Assembly (NCBI GenBank): GCA_963808465.1
Contig: CAWEFX010000005.1
Coordinates: 110,921 to 150,920 of the forward strand
Source: an uncultured Acidobacteriota bacterium
GTDB taxonomy: Bacteria > Acidobacteriota > Terriglobia > Acidiferrales > UBA7541
Direction: 5' to 3'
Length of the DNA: 40,000 nt
A model generated the notes under the pieces. The model was given only the letters and a program-made list of their open reading frames with translations, had not been told where the DNA came from and made no database searches. Made by a program: the position numbers and the translations under genes. This document shows positions 16,145-22,652 of this stretch, one piece after another (the first letter of the stretch is position 1; each line of letters begins with the position of its first letter).

Positions 16145-17273
16145 ATGTCCCAGCGAAATGCAAGAAAGGTCTTTCTCGTAGTCGCCGGAGGAAATCCCTC
16201 CGCAGAGAGACACTTCGAGGATACGATCCAGCGCAAAAGAACCTTGACCGAAGTCAGGAGATTTCTGCCACCCCAAGAGATTGAAAACTTGGAGAAGATT
16301 TACCACCGTGCGAACTTCATCGTCTGGGGGGCGGTTCCCGGACCAATGAATGAGTCGCGGTGGGAGAAGATGACGCCCGGAGACGTGGTGCTCATTTATA
16401 ACAACGGTCACATTCGTTTTGCGGGGGAGATCGCCGCCAAGGTGAGAAATAAGGAGCTTGCGCGGTATTTTTGGAAGGAGAACGAGACTGGCAGCACGTG
16501 GGAGCTTATGTACTTCATTGTGAACGAGGAGAAAACAGATGTTCCTGTTGAGAAGCTCAATCCCTTGTTCGGCTACCAGGCCAACTATCGCCCACAAGGA
16601 TTCTCGATGATTAACGAGGCGGCAATCTCGAGCTTCGCGCAGAATTACGGCGACATCCTGGGTGTGCTGAAGACGCTCGAACGAGGAGAGGAACTGATCC
16701 ATCTCCCGACGCGTATGGAGGCGGTGAGTGCGCGCATTGACGAGCGCATCGAACGAGTACCCACAGAGCATGATGAGATGCAGTGGAGACTGATTCGATT
16801 AGGTCAACTTGCGAAATTGCGATGTCTGGGTGCCTCGGAGTGACCAACCGAAGCAATACGAGGGGCACCAGTTCCGTAATTTTGTGCTGCAGGAATTCCA
16901 CGAAACGCTCGATGTACCCCGAAGCATTGAGAACATCGACGTAGTCTGGAAATTCGGACCGTACTCAATAAAGTCGGCGTTCGAGATCGAGCATTCCACT
17001 TCCATCTACTCCGGCATTCTCCGGCTGTCCGACCTTAGAGCGGAGGCGCCGAATTCAAACTATCCTCTGTTCATTGTTGCGTCCGAGGACCGGAAAAGAA
17101 GAGTATTTGAAGAATTGAGGCGTCCAACGTTCTCTGGACCCTGCTTGCGTTTGAACGAGGTGATCAGATTTCTCGGGTATAGGAAACTTCGCGAAATAGA
17201 TGAGTCGTCTAAAACCGCCATAGATTTTGATACCAACGCCTTACTTGCTGCTGGCGAAACTGTCACTCACTAG
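16145..17273 (+). pseudogene. Split gene: PUA/EVE-like N-terminal domain + PD-(D/E)xK-like nuclease C-terminal domain, interrupted by a frameshift near 16805-16845
   Basis: ORF A (to 16843) ends ...HDEMQWRLIRLGQLAKLRCLGASE*. ORF B (from 16809, opening right after an in-frame TAG at 16800) continues NCDVWVPRSDQ...IDVVWKF...AFEIEHSTSIYSGILRLSDL...PLFIVASEDRKRRV. Together they read as one protein, and the overlap is 35 nt. The N-terminal part (VWGAVPG...MTPGDVVLIYNNGHIRFAGEI) looks PUA/EVE/ASCH-like, with low certainty. Confidence 0.5.
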
Positions 17274-17310
17274 ACCACTCGTTTGCCCATTGTCCGTACA
17301 CCGCGAATGT

Positions 17311-17436
17311 GAAACCATCGAGGTTAAGAAAATAGCTGCGAGCTTGGTTGTCTCCCTCTCGGACGCCAGCTGTATTCGGGCGGGCCGACTCATACCACAT
17401 CCACGGCATTGGAAATTGCTCGCAGAAATTCGGTGT
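17311..17436 (+). pseudogene. Degenerate remnant of a second Cas1 3' end (HTH region)
   Basis: ETIEVKKIAASLVVSLSDASCIRAGRLIPHPRHWKLLAEIR aligns with the Cas1 C-terminus KVEVKRIAATLGVSITYASYIRAGRRRPHPRHWETLARLV (14777-14900). The nucleotide similarity is also visible. No upstream Cas1 body is attached. Confidence 0.6.
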
Positions 17437-17501
17437 ATAGGAAACATCGAAACACGAAGGCGCTTTGAGGAGGTCTGTCGCAGGTTCTTTGAGTCCAACT
17501 C

Positions 17502-18386
17502 TTACACGCGACCTACATAATCGCGCCATACGGCCTTCGCGAATTCTTGAGCGAAATACCTGTAAAAGCCATAAAATCTCAAAGCAGCGAAGAAAACAGC
17601 CAACGCGAAGAACACGCAAAGAGCAGCTAGTGAACCCGAGCCGATGTGCATGATGCCGGAAAAGTAGCCAAACGCGAGAAGAGCAAGCGCTACTCCTAAC
17701 GATACGAGTCTCTCGAGTATCGTCGCCATTTCTTTTTGTTTTTCCGTTTCCCACCTACGTAAGAGGACAACAAGAGTAATAACGATGGAACCCAACATAC
17801 CGGTCGCTCCAACGCTTGCGGCCAAGATTTGAAAACATTTATTCTCAAAAAGCGACGCCGCCCATCCTGTTATGTAGATAGACCCCAGAGCAAAGGCGGC
17901 CGCCAGTCCTCGCATTAACGAATACATCCCTTCAAACTGCTCAGTGTATTTCGCTAATCCTTCTTTGATTAATACCCCCCGAGCCAGAAAAAAAGCTTCC
18001 CTCCGCCGCCTGTCTGTCTCGCTGCGGACCTTCTCATCCGGATCTCCGATCGAGACGTCAATGTTAAGCTTATGTTTAGCCCTATCTCCGATCAGCTTTT
18101 TGAAATCAGTAGAGAACGTGTGGTCCGATGCGTCCAACACGAAATTCGAGGGGTACCGCACTAACCCATTTGTATCCTTGAATCTCGATGGAATGCTCTG
18201 CCCGGCGAGCGTTTGCAGCAAGTTGCCAACAATATAGGCAAAACCTAGAGCTGCTATCGCCGAGCTGATCTGGCTTGCTGGCCAAACGTGCTCAAAAATT
18301 CCAAACGGAAGCCACAGCAAAGTTAAAAAGGCTAGACCAGGAAGGAGGTATCCATAAATGTCATAGAAATTAAATTTTTCTATCAT
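17502..18386 (-). CDS. Integral membrane protein (about 6 TM), unknown function
   Basis: Two N-terminal and about four C-terminal hydrophobic helices flank a soluble segment of roughly 90 aa. Its ATG overlaps the stop of the upstream DHH gene (ATGA at 18383-18386). Confidence 0.6.
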   Translation of the reverse strand: MIEKFNFYDIYGYLLPGLAFLTLLWLPFGIFEHVWPASQISSAIAALGFAYIVGNLLQTLAGQSIPSRFKDTNGLVRYPSNFVLDASDHTFSTDFKKLIGDRAKHKLNIDVSIGDPDEKVRSETDRRRREAFFLARGVLIKEGLAKYTEQFEGMYSLMRGLAAAFALGSIYITGWAASLFENKCFQILAASVGATGMLGSIVITLVVLLRRWETEKQKEMATILERLVSLGVALALLAFGYFSGIMHIGSGSLAALCVFFALAVFFAALRFYGFYRYFAQEFAKAVWRDYVGRV

Positions 18387-19363
18387 GCTGACGCATGCAG
18401 AAGAAGTGGTTCCGTTAGGGCCTCACGAGTTTGAATTTCACCGACCAGTTCTCTTAATATGTCCTCTCCCCGACTTGACGCCTCGCGAGAAAGTACCACA
18501 GCCCCTACCCTCGCGTGGCCGCCGCCACCATATTTAGCGAAGATTGAACCCAAGGGAACACTGGGGAACTCACGCCAAGGATTTCTCATGGCCATGATAC
18601 TCATGCCATCTGTTGAACGAGAAAGTCCTATTGAATATCGGGCCTCTGGAAAGAAATAAAAGGGAGTGTAACGATTGAAGATGTATTCCTTTGTCGCTTC
18701 GGTTTGGAAGACCACAATATCGCCCGATGCCAAATGAGCGGATTCCTTGAAACGCTTTAAACCAATCTCAGTTAATGAGCGGACCCGTTCATAACGGCTG
18801 TTGACCTCAGGTAGATTCGCCACTTCGGACAAGTTTTTGTTCCGTAGCTCGCGGACGAGGAGAATGCCATATGTGGGATCAGCTTTGTGCATGAGACTCG
18901 AACGAATCCTCAGCGCCGAAGTATCCCCCATAATAGCTTCTTCAACGGATGAGTACCTTGCTGAGTCGATAATGTCGGCCCACTTCACCATCTCCCCGTA
19001 GCGCTCAGAAGGAATGTAATCCGATACATAATGCCAAAGGAGTGAGGCGCACGATGGGGCTTCACTCCGATACAGCTTCCAAGGATCTTGCTGTTGGTCG
19101 AAGGCAATGCGAACGTCTACAGAAAGGAATGAGGTTGAATGATGATCAGCCCAAAAGTCGGCATCCGGGTGATAAAGAAAATCTACTACTGCGCTAGGCT
19201 TTTTAAGTCTGTTCGAGAGCCACGTTGACCGAACAGTGTAATTTACAGGATAGAACTCCCGTATAGACCACGCCTTAGAGTCCAAAAAATCTGCAGCGAG
19301 GACTGCAGAAACAATCCCGTCGAAGCACGGAAAATGGAAGTACAAGCTGGCGTCTTGTAACAT
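18383..19363 (-). CDS. DHH/DHHA1-family phosphoesterase
   Basis: Motif I-like HFPCFDGIVSA, DHH motif FWADHHSTSF, and DHHA1 GGGH motif AKYGGGGHARVGAV. Confidence 0.75.
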   Translation of the reverse strand: MLQDASLYFHFPCFDGIVSAVLAADFLDSKAWSIREFYPVNYTVRSTWLSNRLKKPSAVVDFLYHPDADFWADHHSTSFLSVDVRIAFDQQQDPWKLYRSEAPSCASLLWHYVSDYIPSERYGEMVKWADIIDSARYSSVEEAIMGDTSALRIRSSLMHKADPTYGILLVRELRNKNLSEVANLPEVNSRYERVRSLTEIGLKRFKESAHLASGDIVVFQTEATKEYIFNRYTPFYFFPEARYSIGLSRSTDGMSIMAMRNPWREFPSVPLGSIFAKYGGGGHARVGAVVLSREASSRGEDILRELVGEIQTREALTEPLLLHASA

Positions 19364-19395
19364 CGCTTCTCCAAAGGGGCGGCTATTCGGGGCGG

Positions 19396-19641
19396 CTATT
19401 CTACCCCGCCTCGGCGCTTGGAAGCACGTGCTTGAGCCGTTCCCTCAGCGTTCACAATGGGCCTCAATGTACCCTGCTGAAGCAACCGTTCTATACCTAG
19501 CGCTATCAACCGTTCTGCCGCATCCGTGTGATGTCTTCCATATAGCCCGGTAGACACGAGCTGTTTTAGATACAGCATAACCGCGTTCGTCGTGGAAAGC
19601 CGTAATGGTACCGTCTTGAGTTGATTCGGAGGATGTGGCAT
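19396..19641 (-). CDS. Small putative DNA-binding protein (RHH-like)
   Basis: MPHPPNQLKTVPLRLSTTNAVMLYLKQLVSTGLYGRHHTDAAERLIALGIERL shows a beta-strand then two helices, as in CopG/Arc-type proteins. The start at 19641 was chosen within a longer ORF and is uncertain. Confidence 0.4.
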   Translation of the reverse strand: MPHPPNQLKTVPLRLSTTNAVMLYLKQLVSTGLYGRHHTDAAERLIALGIERLLQQGTLRPIVNAEGTAQARASKRRGGVE

Positions 19642-20029
19642 AAGGCATACCTTCAACATAAGTATTACATACTTACGCCAGGCACAGCTATAGATTTCGG
19701 CCGTTGAAGAAACGATGGCTAGGCATTTGAGTCTGAAATGCGACGCGGGGAGAGGTGCAATCTTGCGAGCCTCTCTGATTGCACCAGTTCGCCTGAAGCA
19801 AACTTGAGCGACGCGCAGTGAAATACCGCCAGAGGGCATGGAGGCTGCCGTCCGTCAGCGCTTGCCTTGTTTATCTTCTTTGAGAAACTGTTCCCAGATC
19901 GCGCACGCTAAGCTTATTTACAATCGTTCGAGCGCGTCCCACGTCCGCCTCTTGTTGTCCCCAACATACTTAGGATAACCCTATAATACATGAGCCAAAA
20001 GTTATAATAGAGTAATCCCGGAGACCTTA

Positions 20030-21475
20030 GTGATTGTACAGCTCAGTCGTCATTTCAACGTAGACGCATCAGAGTTGGAGCGGCTGGGAGTTTTAAATGC
20101 CCATCTCGGGATTGATAACCGCCTGTTCGTTGACCCTCAGCTATTGGAGAAGACCAGCATTCCAGAATTTGCTAATGCGAGACAGGACCTTACGAAATAT
20201 TTTGCATCGGTAATCAAGCTCCTCAGCAACTCTACCCGCGAGGGTGATCTACTCTGGGACGAAGCCAAACGCCGACTCCGAATCCATGAAGAACATGGAG
20301 CAGCACTTGGATATTCTGGCGCTGGTGGCCATGGTCGCGGAATTGGCCCAGAACTAGCTTCGACTCTGGTCAGGCGATGCAAAGAGATTGTAAGCCTCGG
20401 CATCAATGATCCGGAATTTTTTGAGCTGCTTGGTTTATTTCAGGAGGATTTCGGACCTGACCTTTTGAGCGACATGGCTGTTGCGATCCTGAAGCATCGG
20501 TTTCTCGCATATACCACTAGAGTAACCAAAGAACTCAATCTTCAACCGCGTGGGAAATTCACGACAAATGGTCAGGACTGGTCGCTACCTTTATTTCCAG
20601 ATGGAAAGCGGCCAATGATCTTTGTGCCCACCTCTGTATTGAACCAATTGCCCGTCGCACTAGATCGCGGTCAGATCGATCAAGTTGCTTTATTCAACCG
20701 GGATGTAAGGGAAGCCTGGAATAGGATCGTATCGGCAGCTGCAAAAAAACACAAGGAGCCGTCCAAACAAGATGTCAGGGAAATACTGATGGCTCATCCC
20801 GAGAACTTGAAAGACCTTATTCAGGTTTACAAGAGGGCTGCTGCTATCGGGTATGACTTCAAAAAGGATGAGGATGGTTTACTAACCTGGGAGCGCATTG
20901 GTCGGAGCGTGGCTCAGACATATCCACTCACCCTTCAAATCAAACAGCCCAAAGACATCGGGGAGGTACGGCAGTTGGTCCACGCAATCATTCAACAGTT
21001 TAAAAGAAACATTGAAAACAACAGATTGTATGAGGTCTTATACGGTGAATCAGGAAAACCGCGACATGAAGTATTCGCCCAGCGCCTGTTCTACGCAATT
21101 GCTGATTCGTATTGCCAAGCGAATGATATTGATCTCAGTCGGGAGCCGAACGCCGGAGATGGGCCTGTCGATTTCAAATTGAGCCTTGGATATGCAGCCA
21201 GGGTACTAGTGGAGATTAAGAAATCCACGAACCCGAGCCTTTTACACGGTTTCGAAACACAACTACCCAGCTATGCACAGGGCGAAGCAACCGAGGAATC
21301 AGTTTATGTAGTCCTCCGAGTTGGTGAATCAGACCGAAAAATAAAAGATGTGCTTTCTCTGCGCGAAAAGGGTATCCAGCAAAGTCATCGCGTGCCGGAA
21401 GTAGTTGTCATCGATGCTCGCAAAATAGAATCAGCGTCAAAGCGTAGAAAATCCCGGAAGGGACGTAGGCGGTGA
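20030..21475 (+). CDS. Hypothetical 481-aa protein with a C-terminal PD-(D/E)xK nuclease-like motif
   Basis: The C-terminal GDGPVDFKLSLGYAARVLVEIKKS fits (P)D...ExK. The N-terminal ~380 aa are unrecognised. The tail is basic (SKRRKSRKGRRR). TATAAT-like boxes and GGAG lie upstream of the GTG start. Confidence 0.55.
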   Translation: MIVQLSRHFNVDASELERLGVLNAHLGIDNRLFVDPQLLEKTSIPEFANARQDLTKYFASVIKLLSNSTREGDLLWDEAKRRLRIHEEHGAALGYSGAGGHGRGIGPELASTLVRRCKEIVSLGINDPEFFELLGLFQEDFGPDLLSDMAVAILKHRFLAYTTRVTKELNLQPRGKFTTNGQDWSLPLFPDGKRPMIFVPTSVLNQLPVALDRGQIDQVALFNRDVREAWNRIVSAAAKKHKEPSKQDVREILMAHPENLKDLIQVYKRAAAIGYDFKKDEDGLLTWERIGRSVAQTYPLTLQIKQPKDIGEVRQLVHAIIQQFKRNIENNRLYEVLYGESGKPRHEVFAQRLFYAIADSYCQANDIDLSREPNAGDGPVDFKLSLGYAARVLVEIKKSTNPSLLHGFETQLPSYAQGEATEESVYVVLRVGESDRKIKDVLSLREKGIQQSHRVPEVVVIDARKIESASKRRKSRKGRRR

Positions 21476-21630
21476 CTATTCCATTCATGTCTAGCTACTT
21501 GAGCTAATCCAGAGCTAATCCCGTTCCCGTGCCACGTGTGCCGCCCTGATGTTTTCACGACCCGCCACCGCCCTTTAGTTAGGTTGCGTGTAACGATGTA
21601 ACGCAACTTCTATGCCCGTACGCTTGGTTC

Positions 21631-21712
21631 GCGCGCCCCGCCGTCCCCGGAATCCTTGGCCCTACCCCCTTGGGTGGGGGGGCACTTTCGGATGCCCCTA
21701 TCTCCTATCCCC
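21631..21712. repeat. Casposon right terminal inverted repeat
   Basis: The reverse complement matches 6573-6655 (see left TIR). Confidence 0.75.
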
Positions 21713-21726
21713 GCGGCTGCCTTGAC
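21713..21726. repeat. Target-site duplication, right copy (GCGGCTGCCTTGAC)
   Basis: Identical to 6559-6572 and immediately outside the right TIR. Confidence 0.75.
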
Positions 21727-21848
21727 CGACCTGCATGCGTCGCTTACACTCAATGTTTTACTGGTCTACGCGATAAACGCAGTGAGTGCGGCTCCTTGTA
21801 TGGCGCGTGTGTGGATTCGAAATCGGGAGCCTGCTGTGAGGAGCATCG

Positions 21849-21989
21849 TTGCCCAAACGCACCTTTCAACCCAAAGTGCGCCGGCGCCATAAGACGCATG
21901 GCTTCCGCGCCCGAATGAAAACCAAAGGGGGCCGGAAAGTTCTGGCGGCGCGCCGTAAGAAGGGTCGTCATCGCCTCACGCCCATTTAA
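21849..21989 (+). CDS. rpmH: 50S ribosomal protein L34
   Basis: My own translation (absent from the ORF track): TTG start after GAGGAG, giving [46 protein letters not shown] (46 aa). This is a classic L34 sequence. Confidence 0.9.
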   Translation: MPKRTFQPKVRRRHKTHGFRARMKTKGGRKVLAARRKKGRHRLTPI

Positions 21990-22098
21990 AACTTCTGGTG
22001 CGCCGCAGGAATTTTCTTTTCGCGCCGCGCGTCTGGTACGCCGCTCCGAATTCGAGGCAGTCTATCGCGGAGGGGGGCGACGATCGTCGGCGCAGTTT

Positions 22099-22344
22099 GT
22101 GATTTTTTATCGCGCTAACGGCGGACCGCGTAGCCGGTTTGGCATCAGCGTGAAAAAAGCGCTTGGAGGCGCGGTGGTGCGGAATCGAATCCGCCGTCGC
22201 ATCCGCGAAATCCTTCGGCGCAATATTTTGGAGATCTTCCCGGGATGGGACATCGTAATTCATCCGCGCACGTCCATGACGCGGGCTGCTTTCGCGTCGA
22301 TCGAAACGGAGCTGCTCGGGCTTTTGCGGAATCTTCCGCGTTGA
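22099..22344 (+). CDS. rnpA: RNase P protein component (start unresolved)
   Basis: GISVKKALGGAVVRNRIRRRIREILRRN is the RnpA RNR motif. Homology continues upstream in the same frame (FSFRAARLVRRSEFEAVYRGGGRRSSAQF, about 22012-22098), but no ATG/GTG/TTG occurs there. Coordinates given are the first canonical start (GTG). Confidence 0.8.
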   Translation: MIFYRANGGPRSRFGISVKKALGGAVVRNRIRRRIREILRRNILEIFPGWDIVIHPRTSMTRAAFASIETELLGLLRNLPR

Positions 22345-22652
22345 AATTGGACACACTTACTTTGGCTGCGCCTGAATTGGCGGAGCCAAAGGGCGCCGCG
22401 GCGAGCCGCGGGGCAGTTTGGTTTTTGCTGATGGCTGTCCGTTTTTATCAGGCAGTTTTTGCCCCGGTGATGCCGGTGGGTTGCAAATTCTATCCTTCCT
22501 GTTCGCGATATGCCGCCGAGGCGATCGAGCGCCACGGCGCAATTCGCGGAGTCCGGCTCGCGCTGGCGCGGTTGTGGCGCTGCCGTCCTTTCACGCAAGG
22601 CGGTTTCGATCCCGTTCCAGACGATCTCTCGCATAACGAGGTGCAATTGTGA
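22341..22652 (+). CDS. yidD: Membrane protein insertion efficiency factor YidD
   Basis: VRFYQAVFAPVMPVGCKFYPSCSRYAAEAIERHGAIRGVRLALARLWRCRPF is the canonical YidD core. The TTG at 22341 overlaps the rnpA stop (TTGA). The start is uncertain. Confidence 0.8.
   Translation: MKLDTLTLAAPELAEPKGAAASRGAVWFLLMAVRFYQAVFAPVMPVGCKFYPSCSRYAAEAIERHGAIRGVRLALARLWRCRPFTQGGFDPVPDDLSHNEVQL

Larger units (their letters stand above)
6573..21712. mobile_element. Putative casposon (Cas1 casposase + family-B DNA polymerase self-synthesizing transposon), about 15.1 kb
   Basis: TIRs at both ends with a flanking 14-bp direct duplication. Inside are Cas1, PolB, an HNH-like protein and HTH proteins. No cas2 or CRISPR array is present. 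The composition is AT-richer than the rpmH side. Confidence 0.75.

Noticed and set aside
16085-16771. 228-aa minus-strand ORF
   Set aside because: It is antisense to the PUA-like domain ORF, whose translation has a more protein-like composition and continues into the nuclease domain.
6545-21726. About 29-bp direct repeats (CTATCTCCTATCCC(C)GCGGCTGCCTTGAC) as attL/attR of a tyrosine- or serine-recombinase island
   Set aside because: No integrase or recombinase gene lies between them. The left part of the direct repeat is explained by a TIR-end remnant, and the element ends are clearly inverted repeats. Cas1 + PolB fits a casposon better. This remains the main alternative if the TIR alignment fails.
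21820-21835. DnaA box upstream of rpmH (TGTGGATTC)
   Set aside because: It is a single 7/9 match to TGTGGATAA with no cluster of boxes or AT-rich unwinding element visible. That is insufficient to call oriC.
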